A DNA stretch of 64,000 nt from an uncultured bacterium (GCA_963732385.1 CAVSZB010000003.1:416001-480000); one strand, 5' to 3'. Counted from the first letter of the stretch, positions 1-9,771 are shown. Program-made: numbers and translations. The notes: generated by a model not told the origin, from the sequence alone.

Positions 1-549
1 CAGGATGCTCGCCGTCACGAGTGCAATCGGCATGCCGCGCAGGATGCGCGGGGTGGCGGTCATGATGTCGAGCCGCTGGCGGATGCCGGCGAACAGCACC
101 ATCACGAGGCCGAAGCCGATCGACGAGCCCGTCGCGAAGACCACGGTCTTGAGGAATGAGAATTCCTTGGTAATCGACAGCAGCGCCGCGCCGAGCACCG
201 CGCAGTTGGTGGTGATCAGCGGCAGGTAGATCCCGAGCGCCTGGAACAGCCCCGGCGACACCTTGCGCACCACCATCTCCACGAACTGCACCAGCGCCGC
301 GATCACCAGGATGAACACGATCGTGCGCAGGAAGCCGAGGTGGAACGGCACCAGCAGCGAATAATACAGCAGCCAGCAGATCACCGAGGCGACCGTGATC
401 ACGAACACGACCGCCAGGCTCATGCCGACGGCCGATTCGATCTTCCGGCTGACGCCCAGGAACGGGCAGATGCCCAGGAACTGGGCCAGCAGGAAGTTGT
501 TGACCAGCATCGCCCACAGGACCAGCTGCAGATAGCTCGTGATCTCCAT
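1..549 (-). CDS. rnfA: Rnf electron transport complex subunit A (3' end outside window)
   Basis: Translated manually from ATG at 549: MEITSYLQLVLWAMLVNNFLLAQFLGICPFLGVS... and later LGIYLPLITTNCAVLG. Lies directly downstream of rnfE. Absent from the ORF track because its stop codon is outside the window. Confidence 0.95.
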   Translation of the reverse strand, partial: MEITSYLQLVLWAMLVNNFLLAQFLGICPFLGVSRKIESAVGMSLAVVFVITVASVICWLLYYSLLVPFHLGFLRTIVFILVIAALVQFVEMVVRKVSPGLFQALGIYLPLITTNCAVLGAALLSITKEFSFLKTVVFATGSSIGFGLVMVLFAGIRQRLDIMTATPRILRGMPIALVTASIL

Positions 550-550
550 G

Positions 551-1174
551 TCAGGCCCTCTCGCCCAGCCGCTTCACGCCGGCCATCAGCAGCCCGAGGG
601 TGAGGAACGCGCCGGGCGGCAACGTCATCACCAAAATCGGGCTGGCCTTGAAGCCGGCGCCCAGCGGCGCGATCTCGAACGGCGTGCCCGAAAGCAGCGT
701 GCCGTTGCCCAGCAGCTCGCGGATCACGCCCATCGCCACGAGGGCGATCATGAATCCGATGCCCATGCCCAACCCGTCGAGCGCGGAGCGCCAGACACCG
801 TTCTTGGAGGCGAACGCCTCGGCGCGCCCGAGGATGATGCAGTTGACCACGATCAGCGGGATGAACACGCCCAGCGCCTGGTGGAGGGGGAACATGAACC
901 CCTCCATGAGCAGGTCCACCATGGTCACGAATGAGGCGATGACCACGATGAAGGCCGGAATGCGCACGCCGTCGGGGATGAACTTGCGCAGCATGCTGAT
1001 GACGATGTTCGAGCAGACCAGCACGAAGGTGGCGGCCACGCCCATGCCGAAGCCGTTGAAGACCGTGGTGCTCGTGGCCAGCGCGGGGCAGGTGCCGAGC
1101 ACGAGGATGAAGAGGGGATTCTCCCTGATGAATCCCTTCGTGACCTCGCGGGCCGCGGTGACGTTCTCAGCCAC
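551..1174 (-). CDS. rnfE: Rnf complex subunit E
   Basis: ENPLFILVLGTCPALA, FIPLIVVNCIILGRAEAFASKN and LPPGAF motifs. Confidence 0.95.
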   Translation of the reverse strand: MAENVTAAREVTKGFIRENPLFILVLGTCPALATSTTVFNGFGMGVAATFVLVCSNIVISMLRKFIPDGVRIPAFIVVIASFVTMVDLLMEGFMFPLHQALGVFIPLIVVNCIILGRAEAFASKNGVWRSALDGLGMGIGFMIALVAMGVIRELLGNGTLLSGTPFEIAPLGAGFKASPILVMTLPPGAFLTLGLLMAGVKRLGERA

Positions 1175-1799
1175 TGACGCCTCCTTCGGCGGGCGCGGGG
1201 GGGGCGGCCGGCGCGGGGTCGCCCGGCGGCGCCGCCAGCCGCGGCGCGCTCTCGCGCATCGCCTTCACCGCCGCGTTGACCGCGCGGGTCACGCAGCGCG
1301 AAGAGATCGTCGCGCCGGTGATCGCCTGGATCGTGCCGCCGTCCTTGGTAACGCCCAGCCCCGGCGCCGGCGGCGTCAGGCCGCGGAACTGCCCGGAGAA
1401 CTTCTCCTCGCCCATCTTGCTGCCGAGGCCGGGGGTCTCCTTGTGCGCGAGCACCCGGATCGCGTGGACGGAGCCGTCCGCGAGCACCCCGACCATCAGC
1501 GTGACATCGCCGCCGTAGCCGCCGCGGTCGGTCACCTTGACGGCGGCCCCCATCAGCGCGCCGTCGCGGTAGGCGGGGTACATCTCGGGCTGGCCGGGGT
1601 CGAGCGCGGCCTTCGCCTGCGCGGCGTCGACCACCCGGTCGAATTCCGGCAGCACGGTCCGGATCGCCTGCTGCACGACGGCGGCGCGCGAGGCGGCGAT
1701 CGGGGCCTTGGTCACTTCGAAGACCGTGGCCAGCGTGGCGGCGGCCGCGGTGCAGATGACGGCGAGCACCAGCGCGTAGCGAACGAGCATCCGGATCAC
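1167..1799 (-). CDS. rnfG: Rnf complex subunit G (FMN-binding)
   Basis: N-terminal TM helix, GYGGDV, HKETPGLG and the flavinylation motif AITGATISS. The GTG start overlaps the rnfD stop (GTGA); alternative ATG at 1790. Confidence 0.92.
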   Translation of the reverse strand: MIRMLVRYALVLAVICTAAAATLATVFEVTKAPIAASRAAVVQQAIRTVLPEFDRVVDAAQAKAALDPGQPEMYPAYRDGALMGAAVKVTDRGGYGGDVTLMVGVLADGSVHAIRVLAHKETPGLGSKMGEEKFSGQFRGLTPPAPGLGVTKDGGTIQAITGATISSRCVTRAVNAAVKAMRESAPRLAAPPGDPAPAAPPAPAEGGVSG

Positions 1800-2875
1800 G
1801 ACGCCACCTCCGTGCGCGCGGTCACCGAACCGAACGTGCGCGGTCGCAGGTAGTGGTCGATCATCGGGGTGCCGGCGTTCATGAGCAGGATCGCGAAGCT
1901 GACCCCTTCCGGATAACCGCCCCAGAGGCGGATCACCGCGGTCAGCAGTCCGCAGCCGGTCCCGTAGATGAGCCGCCCCCGGAAGGTGATCGGGCAGGTC
2001 ACCATGTCGGTGGCCATGAAGAAAGCGCCCAGGATCAGGCCGCCCGCGAGTACGTGCAGGTGCGGCGCCAGGTAGTCCTGTGGTCCGCCCAGCACCCAGG
2101 CCGCGCCGGTCACCACGAACGTGGTGCCGATGAAGGCTGCCGGCACTTCCCAGGTGATGACCCGCTTCCAGAGCAGCAGAGCGCCGCCGATCAGCAGCGC
2201 GATGGCGCTGATCTCGCCCACGCTGCCGCCGAGGTTGCCGAAGAAGAGGTCGGCGCTGCTCGCGGAGAGTTCGCCCAGGCGCCCCTCCTTGAGCAGGCCG
2301 AGCGGCGTGGCTTCGGTGATCGCCGCGAGGTCGGAGCCCGGTGCGAGCCAGCCGCGGATGCCGGGCCGCAGCCAGGTCGTCATGTACGTGGGCCAGGAGA
2401 CGAGCAGGAAGACGCGCGCGGTCAGGGCCGGATTGAAGATGTTGCTGCCCAACCCTCCGAACAGGTGCTTGGCGACGACGATGGCGACGATCGCCCCGCA
2501 CAGGATCAGCCACCACGGCGCGGTGGGCGGCAGGTTCATGCCGAGCAGCAGGCCGGTTACGACGGCCGACCAGTCGGACAGCGTGCCGGGCGTGCGCATC
2601 ACGCGCAGGCAGAGCCACTCCACGCCGACGCAGAAGAGCGTGGAGAGCGCCAGCACGCGCAGTGCCGATACGCCGAAGAACCAGAGCGAGACCGCGGTTG
2701 CAGGCAGCAGCGCGATCAGCACCCAGCGCATGATCCACGGCACCGTCTCGGGCGAATGCAGGTGCGGCGCGGGGCCGACGTGCAGCGCCGGGCGGGCGGG
2801 AGCGGCGACCGGCGCGGGGGCGCGCGGGGCCGCGGCGGCGGTCCCCTCAGGACCTGGCTTTGGACTTGCGGTCAT
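1796..2875 (-). CDS. rnfD: Rnf complex subunit D
   Basis: AKHLFGGLGSNIFNPAL, ITEATPLG (FMN Thr), GAFFMATDMVTCP, GYPEGVSFAILLMN. Confidence 0.95.
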   Translation of the reverse strand: MTASPKPGPEGTAAAAPRAPAPVAAPARPALHVGPAPHLHSPETVPWIMRWVLIALLPATAVSLWFFGVSALRVLALSTLFCVGVEWLCLRVMRTPGTLSDWSAVVTGLLLGMNLPPTAPWWLILCGAIVAIVVAKHLFGGLGSNIFNPALTARVFLLVSWPTYMTTWLRPGIRGWLAPGSDLAAITEATPLGLLKEGRLGELSASSADLFFGNLGGSVGEISAIALLIGGALLLWKRVITWEVPAAFIGTTFVVTGAAWVLGGPQDYLAPHLHVLAGGLILGAFFMATDMVTCPITFRGRLIYGTGCGLLTAVIRLWGGYPEGVSFAILLMNAGTPMIDHYLRPRTFGSVTARTEVAS

Positions 2876-4211
2876 GGACCTTCGCCTTGCCGAGCCTCAA
2901 CGTCTGGACGAGCCAGCGATTAGAGGGGCAGATGTACGCACAGGATCCGCACTCCATGCATTCCTGGAGATGCAGCGCCTCCGCGGTGTCGAGATCCACG
3001 ATCTCCACCCGCAGCGCCAGTTCGCTCGGCTGCAGCCCGAGCGGGCAGGCCTCGCCGCAGCGGCCGCAGCGGATGCAGGGGTGGGGGACCGGGTCGGGCA
3101 CGTCGTCCCGGGTGAAGAACAGCAGACCCGAAGTGGCCTTGACGACCGGCACGTCGAGGTTGCCGAGGGCGGCGCCCATCATCGGTCCGCCGGCGATCAC
3201 GCGTGTCGGCGGCGAACTCAGACCGCCGCAGAACTCGAGCACTTCCGGCAGCGGCGTTCCCAGGCGCACGCGCAGGTTCGAAGGGCGGCAGACGGCCGAC
3301 CCCGACACCGTCAGGACCCGCTCGATGAGCGGGATCCCCTCTCTCACCGCACGGGCGACCGCGGCCGCCGTACCGACGTTCTGCACGACGACGCCCACGT
3401 CCAGCGGCAGCCCCGGCGGCGGCGGCACCTCGCGGCCGGTGAGGGCCTGGATGAGCTGCTTCTCGGCCCCCTGCGGGTACTTCACCCGGCAGCCGACCAC
3501 CTCAATGTCGGGATGGCCGGCGAAGGCGGCGGTCAGCTTCGCGATGGCGTCGGGCTTGTTCTGTTCGATACCGACGATCACGCGCGGCGCGCCGAGCACG
3601 CGCTGGAGGATGCGCACGCCGTGGACCACGGCGTCGGTCTCCTCGAGCATCGTGCGGTGGTCGCAGGTGAGGAACGGTTCGCATTCGGCGCCGTTGATGA
3701 TCAGCAGGTCGATCGTCTTCCCGGCGGGCGGCGACAGCTTGACGTGCGTGGGGAAGGCCGCGCCGCCGAGGCCCACCAGGCCGGCCGCCTGGATCAGCGC
3801 CTTCAGTTCGGCGGGGCTCGCCTGCTCATAATCCGGCCGTGCGTCCGGCAGGCGCCACGGCGGCGGCGGCCACGGCGCGCCGTCGACACCGGTGTCGCGG
3901 GCCTCGATCTCGACGCTCTCGCACGGGAACCCGCCGGGATGGAGGCGCGGACCGATGAAGGTGACCTCGCCGGCGATCGGCGCGTGCACCGGCGCCGAGA
4001 CGAACCCGGCGGCCTCCGCCACCGGCTGTCCTTCCGCCACGCGGTCGCCGACCTGCACGAGCGTCCTGGCCGGCACGCCGAGATGCTGGCGCAGCGGCAG
4101 CCGCACGCGCAGCGGCGCCGGCATGACACGGATCGGCTCGTGCTCGGTGAGGTGTTTGGCCTCGGGGGGGTGGACCCCGCCCCGGAACGTGTGCGAGATG
4201 GCCATGGTCAT
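2847..4211 (-). CDS. rnfC: Rnf complex subunit C
   Basis: TFRGGVHPPE, GLVGLGGAAFPTHVKL, NGAECEPFLTCD, YPQGAEKQL and two 4Fe-4S motifs (CIRCGRCGEACP, CMECGSCAYICP). Start is 4211 or 4205. Confidence 0.95.
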   Translation of the reverse strand: MTMAISHTFRGGVHPPEAKHLTEHEPIRVMPAPLRVRLPLRQHLGVPARTLVQVGDRVAEGQPVAEAAGFVSAPVHAPIAGEVTFIGPRLHPGGFPCESVEIEARDTGVDGAPWPPPPWRLPDARPDYEQASPAELKALIQAAGLVGLGGAAFPTHVKLSPPAGKTIDLLIINGAECEPFLTCDHRTMLEETDAVVHGVRILQRVLGAPRVIVGIEQNKPDAIAKLTAAFAGHPDIEVVGCRVKYPQGAEKQLIQALTGREVPPPPGLPLDVGVVVQNVGTAAAVARAVREGIPLIERVLTVSGSAVCRPSNLRVRLGTPLPEVLEFCGGLSSPPTRVIAGGPMMGAALGNLDVPVVKATSGLLFFTRDDVPDPVPHPCIRCGRCGEACPLGLQPSELALRVEIVDLDTAEALHLQECMECGSCAYICPSNRWLVQTLRLGKAKVHDRKSKARS

Positions 4212-4392
4212 CGTGCCGGAGGCTAGGGTCGGAACCGGTGACGCCGGCGCGCCTTCAGTTCCCGCATTGCGCGGACCGCGGCTGTTCCTCCACCCCACCC
4301 GCCGCGAAAGCTAGTATCCGCACGGACGTTTCCCAAGAAAAACCGGGGCAGGTGTGCACGGGCAAGTCCCGGTCATTCCATGTGATATGGGC

Positions 4393-5337
4393 TCAGCCGG
4401 CCAGTCGGCAACCCAGGGCGATCGAGAGGAATTTCGACTCTTCGGTGTCGGCGCGGCTGGTCAGCACGCAGGGGGCGGAGGTGCCGATCACGATCCCCGC
4501 CAGGCGGCCGCCGGCGAGCAGCGTGGCGCACTTGTAGAAGACATTGCCCGCGGCGATTTCGGGGAAGATGAGGATGTCCGCGGCGCCGCCCACCGGGCTC
4601 GACAGCTCCTTGATCGCGCAGGCTTCGGGCGAGAGCGCCACATCGAGCGCCAGCGGTCCGTCCACGATCGCGTCGCCGAGCTGTCCGCGGTCGGCCATCT
4701 TGGCGATGATCGCGGCATCGAGCGTTTCGGGCATCTTCTCGCTGACCTTCTCGTTCGCGGCGATCAGCGCGGCGCGTGGCCGCTCGATCCCGAAACTGCG
4801 CGCGGCCAGGATGCAGTACTTCAGGATCTTCGCCTTTGTGGCCAGGTCGGGCCGCGGGATGATGGCGACATCGGACACGAACAGCAGCTTGCCGTGCGTC
4901 CGCTGGTAAGCGGGGATGTCGAGCACCGCCAGGTGCGTCAGCACATTCCCGGGCGCCAACAGCCCCCTGTCTTTGTCGAGAATCAACCTCATGTACTTGT
5001 CGGTGCCGAGGAGCCCCTTCATCAGCACGTCGGCCTGACGTTCGCGCACGAGGTCGCGCGCGCGGATGCCGGCCGCGGCCTGGTCGGGCTCGTCGATGAT
5101 CGTAAAGAGGGTGGCGTCAATGTCGCGTTGCCGGCACAGGTCGAGGATCTTCGTCTGGTCGCCGACGAGGATCATCTCGGCGATGCCCTCCGCCGCCGCG
5201 CGCGCCGCGGCCTGGATGGAGTTGGGGTCGTGCCCCGCCGCCACCGCCACGCGCCGGGGCCGGACCGGCGTGGCGGAGGCGCGGCTGACGGCCTGCAGCG
5301 ACTCCACGAGCTGGTCGAGTGTGCGGATCGGGTTCAT
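4393..5337 (-). CDS. ptb: Phosphate butyryl/acyltransferase (PTA_PTB family)
   Basis: ADVLMKG, DGPLALDVALS, GNVFYK and an intact VLTSRAD catalytic motif; adjacent to butyrate kinase. Confidence 0.9.
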   Translation of the reverse strand: MNPIRTLDQLVESLQAVSRASATPVRPRRVAVAAGHDPNSIQAAARAAAEGIAEMILVGDQTKILDLCRQRDIDATLFTIIDEPDQAAAGIRARDLVRERQADVLMKGLLGTDKYMRLILDKDRGLLAPGNVLTHLAVLDIPAYQRTHGKLLFVSDVAIIPRPDLATKAKILKYCILAARSFGIERPRAALIAANEKVSEKMPETLDAAIIAKMADRGQLGDAIVDGPLALDVALSPEACAIKELSSPVGGAADILIFPEIAAGNVFYKCATLLAGGRLAGIVIGTSAPCVLTSRADTEESKFLSIALGCRLAG

Positions 5338-7550
5338 CGCGCCTCCTCCGGCGCGTAGACACGCGCCGCCTCCTTGCCCTGCAGGACGCGCAGGGCCCCC
5401 TTGACGAGGGCGGTCATTTCGTTCTCGCCAGGATAGACCGTCACGCCGCAGCCCAGCGCGGAGACCGAGCGCTCGATCATGTCCACCAGCAGTTGCGAAC
5501 GCGCCAGCCCGCCGGTGAGCAGGACGCGGTCGACCGGCTCGCCGTCGAAGGCCGGCACCAGCGCCGCGATGTTCTTGCCGATCTGGTAAGCCATCGCCTC
5601 CACGACCGCGGTCGCTTCAGGATCGCCGGACAGCACGCGCTGTTCCACCTCGCGGAAATCGGCGGTGCCGAGCAGGTCGATCAGGCCGCCGCGTCCCTTG
5701 TTGAGCTGCTTGAGCTCCGCGTGGGTGTAGCGCCCGGAGAAACAGAGATCGATGAGCTGGCCGGGTGGCAGCGAACCGGAGCGCTGCGGCGTGAAAGGGC
5801 CTTCGCCGTTGAGGCCATTGTTGACGTCGATGTAGCGTCCGTGCTTGTGCGCGCCGACCGTGATGCCGCCGCCCATGTGGCAGACGATCAGGTTCAGGCT
5901 CTCGTAGAAGTTCTCGTGTTCCTCGGCATAGCGCCGCGCGGTGGAGATCTGGTTGAGCGCGTGGCTGACGACCACGCGCCGGAGCGCCTTCAGGCCGGTG
6001 ATTTTTACCCGGTCCGGCACCTCGTCCACGACGACCGGATCGACAATGAACGCCGGCTTGCCGGTGCCCGTCACCAGTTCGTGCGCGATCAGAGCGCCGA
6101 GGTTCGAGGCGTGGTCGCCGCCGACGCCGCCCAGCAGGTCCTCCCGCATGCGGCTGTTCACGGCGTAGGTGCCGTGCGGGATCGGCCGCAGGACGCCGCC
6201 GCGTCCCGACACCGCGTCGAGATCCGCCACGCCGAGCTGATGCGCGGCGAGGGCGGTGAGGATGACCTCCTTGCGGAAGCCGTACTGCGCCATGATGCTC
6301 TGTCCCTCGAACGGCGCCAGTTCGGCGGCGGTGTGCGTGAGTTCGGCCGTGAAGACCTCCTGGTCCCCCTCGTAGACGCCGATCCTGGTGGAGGTCGAGC
6401 CGGGGTTCACCGCCAGGATGCGGAAGCGGCGGCAGAACGTGTCGAGCGGCGTGCGGCTCCAGTGCCCGAAGCGGTGCAGGCGCAGCACGCTCGCCTTGAC
6501 CGCCAGGCGGGCGTCCTCGGTGGCGCAGTCGAGCGGCAGGTCGACGCCGCGAAAGCGCAGTCCGAACATCACCGGGAACTTCTTCGATTCGGGGAAACGC
6601 GAAGCGTACAGATGGTAGAGCAGGTTCCCCATGTCGAGGTTCGGGCAGATGAGGGCGTTCGTGCCGCCGGCCAGCTCGGCATCTTCGGCATGGTAGTAGG
6701 TGGCGGAGCGGCGCGAGAGCGCCACGCTCACCTTCACGGGCCCGTGGATGCGGATCGACGCGTAGCGCGCGCCGACGGCCACGCGCTTGGCCAGGATTCC
6801 GGGCACGAGCGCCATGGCGTCGCGCACGAGGTCGGCTGCCGGCCCCTCGTCCGCGCCGCGGTGCGAGTACGATACGATGGCGCCCTTGATGACCGGCAAC
6901 ACGTCCTCGGGGATAAGGTCGCGCGCCACGGCGCAGGTGCCGACCGCGCAGTGAGCGAGAATCTCGGGCGTCATGGTGCCGTTCACGCCCACGTCCCCGA
7001 ACACGACGATGTTGTGGGGGAAGACGTCGCCCGGAAAATCGTCCGGCAACACGAATACGCCGGCCTCGCACTGGATGCGTTGCATGTGCAGCAGGCGCAG
7101 CATCGGTCGGAAATAGTCGCGTGGCTCGTGGTCGGCGCCGCCGACGACCATGTCGGCGTGGCCGAGCCGCACGCACATGATGCCGAACTTCGCCGGTTCG
7201 TACACCAGCGCCCGGGCTTCGTCTAGGGTGCGCGCCCGCGCCATCTCGGGCGGCAAATCGAGACAGGCGCGCGCGAACTGTTCGCGCAGATCCGCCCGCT
7301 CCTCGATGTCGATGAACGTGCTCTCGGCAAGCGTGAAACGCACCCTGGTTGAGTCGAGGTGGCACAGATCGCGCGCGATCACCTCGCGCACGGCCGCCTC
7401 GGGCGCGAGGAACACCGGACGCACGAAGCGGGTGAGGTGACACGCAGCCTCGATGATCCGCGGATCGAGCGGCTCGATAAAGACCACCGTGGGGCGGTTC
7501 TTCATGTGGGCCAGGATCTGGGTGTCGAGACTGTTCTCGAGGTCGTACAT
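5334..7550 (-). CDS. buk: Fusion of an N-terminal Pta-like domain (degenerate active site) and a C-terminal butyrate kinase
   Basis: The C-terminal half has ILAVNPGSTST, GRGG, HASNLG, VDPVVVDE, HALNQ, HMGGGITV and GPFTPQRSG. The N-terminal ~370 aa are Pta-like (LICPNLDMGNLLY). Start taken at MYDLEN (7550), preceded by GGAGG. Confidence 0.88.
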   Translation of the reverse strand: MYDLENSLDTQILAHMKNRPTVVFIEPLDPRIIEAACHLTRFVRPVFLAPEAAVREVIARDLCHLDSTRVRFTLAESTFIDIEERADLREQFARACLDLPPEMARARTLDEARALVYEPAKFGIMCVRLGHADMVVGGADHEPRDYFRPMLRLLHMQRIQCEAGVFVLPDDFPGDVFPHNIVVFGDVGVNGTMTPEILAHCAVGTCAVARDLIPEDVLPVIKGAIVSYSHRGADEGPAADLVRDAMALVPGILAKRVAVGARYASIRIHGPVKVSVALSRRSATYYHAEDAELAGGTNALICPNLDMGNLLYHLYASRFPESKKFPVMFGLRFRGVDLPLDCATEDARLAVKASVLRLHRFGHWSRTPLDTFCRRFRILAVNPGSTSTRIGVYEGDQEVFTAELTHTAAELAPFEGQSIMAQYGFRKEVILTALAAHQLGVADLDAVSGRGGVLRPIPHGTYAVNSRMREDLLGGVGGDHASNLGALIAHELVTGTGKPAFIVDPVVVDEVPDRVKITGLKALRRVVVSHALNQISTARRYAEEHENFYESLNLIVCHMGGGITVGAHKHGRYIDVNNGLNGEGPFTPQRSGSLPPGQLIDLCFSGRYTHAELKQLNKGRGGLIDLLGTADFREVEQRVLSGDPEATAVVEAMAYQIGKNIAALVPAFDGEPVDRVLLTGGLARSQLLVDMIERSVSALGCGVTVYPGENEMTALVKGALRVLQGKEAARVYAPEEAR

Positions 7551-7740
7551 CGGTCCCTCCCGCGGCGAGGGGGCGGCGGTCCGGCGACGGCGGCGGCGGT
7601 CTTCTAACCACAATAGTCACCCACGGGACGCGGTTTATCAACTTCAGCGACTCGCCGGCGGCGGTGCTCCGCCATTATTAATGTGGAAAAGCCGTCCGGG
7701 GCCGTGGCACGATCGGGGAACGTCTGCGGGTTTGTCGCCG

Positions 7741-9771
7741 GTGATCGGGGAGGCTGCGATCAGTAATTCAGGGAAGGCTGCGTTTGCCGCGCATGGAGCG
7801 CCGGGGGCGCCGGGGAAGTCCGCCCTGGTGGCCGCGGGCGAACGGCGCCTGGCCGGCGTGCTGGGCGCCGTGCCCGAGCGCTGGCTGCTGGTGAGCACGC
7901 ATTACCAGCGGCTGCTGCTGATCCGCAGCGGCGCCGTGGCGCGGCAGTACCGCGTGTCCACCGGCGCGGCCGGCGTGGACGGCCGCGAGGGTTCGGGCGG
8001 TACGCCGCCCGGCGTGCACACCATCGCCGCCCGGATCGGCGACGGCGAACCGGTCGGCGCGGTTTTCCGCGACCGCGTGGCCACGGGCGAAGTGTGGTCG
8101 TCGGCAGCGGCGGGCGGAGTGTCCGGCCCGGCCGCCGAACTCATTCTGACCCGCATCCTCACTATCGAGGGCTGGGAGCCGGGGGTGAACCGCGGTCCCG
8201 GCTGCGACAGTCTCGCCCGCTACATCTACATCCATGGCACCGATGACGAGGCGCGGCTCGGGCAGGCGGTGTCGCACGGCTGCGTCCGCCTGGCCGGCGA
8301 CGACATCGCCTCGCTCCACGACGAAGTGCAGGTGGGGGATCCGGTCGTCATCCTGCCGGATCGTCCGCTGCGCTACCACTTCGCCGGCATCGCCGGCAGC
8401 GGCATGAGTGCCCTGGCTCAGTACCACGTACTCGGCGGGGGGCTCTGCAGCGGAAGCGACCGGGCGTTCGACGCCGGTGAGAGGGGCGAGATCCGCGAGC
8501 GGCTCGAGGCGCTCGGCGTGGTGATCGCGCCGCAGGACGGCAGCGCGCTCGCTCCTGTCGCCGCGGGTGGCGCCGACGCCGCGTCTCCCGACTGCGACGG
8601 CCTCATCGTCTCGAGCGCCGTCGAGGAGAGCGTGCCCGACGTAGCCGCGGCGCGGCGGCTGGGCGTGCCGGTGCTGCACCGCTCCGAACTGCTGGCCCGA
8701 TGCGTCGACGAGCGGCAGACCGTCGCCGTGGCCGGCACGAGCGGCAAGTCCACGGTCGTGGCGATGATCTTCGAGATCCTGCGCGGCTGCCGGCGGGACC
8801 CCTCGGTCATCACAGGTGGTGAACTGCGGCTGCTGCAGGGCGAAGGGCTGCTTGGCAACGCCTGGGCCGGTCGCGGCAAGATGCTGGTCATCGAGGCGGA
8901 CGAGAGCGACGGCAGCGTGACCCGCTATGCGCCGTGGGCCGGCGTCCTGCTGAACATGCAGCGCGACCACAAGGAACTGGCCGAGCTGGCGGCGATCTTC
9001 GCGGCCTTCCGGCGCAACGTCCGCGGACCGTTCCTGGTCGGCGAGGACGAGAATCTCGCGCCGTTCGCGGCGAACGCCACCCGCTTCGGTTTATGCGAGA
9101 CCTGCGCCGTCCGCGCCCAGGATGTCCTGCTCACTCCCGACGGCGCGCGTTTCTCGGTCGCGGGGGTGCGTTTCACGCTGCCCGTTCCGGGCAAGCACAA
9201 CGTGAGCAACGCCGTCGCCGCTCTGGCCGTTTGCCAGGCGCTCGGACTGCGCTTCTCGCAGATGGCCGCCCCGCTGGCGCGGTTCCAGGGGGTGGCGCGG
9301 CGCTTCCAGATCGTGGGGCGCGCGCGCGGGGTGGAGGTCGTGGACGATTTCGCTCACAACCCCGACAAGATCGCGGCCGCTCTCTCCACCGCCCGTGCCC
9401 GCGGCAGGCGGATCCTCGCCGTCTTCCAGCCGCACGGCTTCGGCCCGACCCGCTTCCTGCGCGACGATCTCATCGCGGCGTTCACGCGCGGCCTGCGGCC
9501 GACCGATCGGCTGTATCTTCCGGAGATCTTCTTCGCCGGCGGCACCGTTACGCGCGACATCTCGTCGCACGATATCGCCGCGGCGGTGGCGGCGCGCGGC
9601 GTGCCGGCGCTCTTCACCGAGCGGCGCGACGACATCGTGCCGTCGATCGCCGGCGAGGCGCGCGAGGGGGATGTGATCCTGGTCATGGGCGCGCGCGATC
9701 CGTCGCTCACCGACTTCTGCCGACGGATTCTGGCGCGTCTCGAGGCGCGCGGCAGCGACGAACGGCGCTAA
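7741..9771 (+). CDS. Fusion of an L,D-transpeptidase (YkuD) domain and a UDP-MurNAc-peptide ligase (MurC/Mpl family)
   Basis: YkuD motifs: YRVSTG, TPPG, IYIHGT...SHGCVRL. Mur ligase motifs: HFAGIAGSGMSALA, AGTSGKST, EADESDGS, PGKHNVSNA, DDFAHNP, VFQPH. One continuous frame; start uncertain (7681-7828). Confidence 0.85.
   Translation: MIGEAAISNSGKAAFAAHGAPGAPGKSALVAAGERRLAGVLGAVPERWLLVSTHYQRLLLIRSGAVARQYRVSTGAAGVDGREGSGGTPPGVHTIAARIGDGEPVGAVFRDRVATGEVWSSAAAGGVSGPAAELILTRILTIEGWEPGVNRGPGCDSLARYIYIHGTDDEARLGQAVSHGCVRLAGDDIASLHDEVQVGDPVVILPDRPLRYHFAGIAGSGMSALAQYHVLGGGLCSGSDRAFDAGERGEIRERLEALGVVIAPQDGSALAPVAAGGADAASPDCDGLIVSSAVEESVPDVAAARRLGVPVLHRSELLARCVDERQTVAVAGTSGKSTVVAMIFEILRGCRRDPSVITGGELRLLQGEGLLGNAWAGRGKMLVIEADESDGSVTRYAPWAGVLLNMQRDHKELAELAAIFAAFRRNVRGPFLVGEDENLAPFAANATRFGLCETCAVRAQDVLLTPDGARFSVAGVRFTLPVPGKHNVSNAVAALAVCQALGLRFSQMAAPLARFQGVARRFQIVGRARGVEVVDDFAHNPDKIAAALSTARARGRRILAVFQPHGFGPTRFLRDDLIAAFTRGLRPTDRLYLPEIFFAGGTVTRDISSHDIAAAVAARGVPALFTERRDDIVPSIAGEAREGDVILVMGARDPSLTDFCRRILARLEARGSDERR

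Noticed and set aside
4212..4392. Riboswitch or Rex operator upstream of rnfC
   Set aside because: No recognisable aptamer and no TTGTGAA-N4-TTCACAA palindrome
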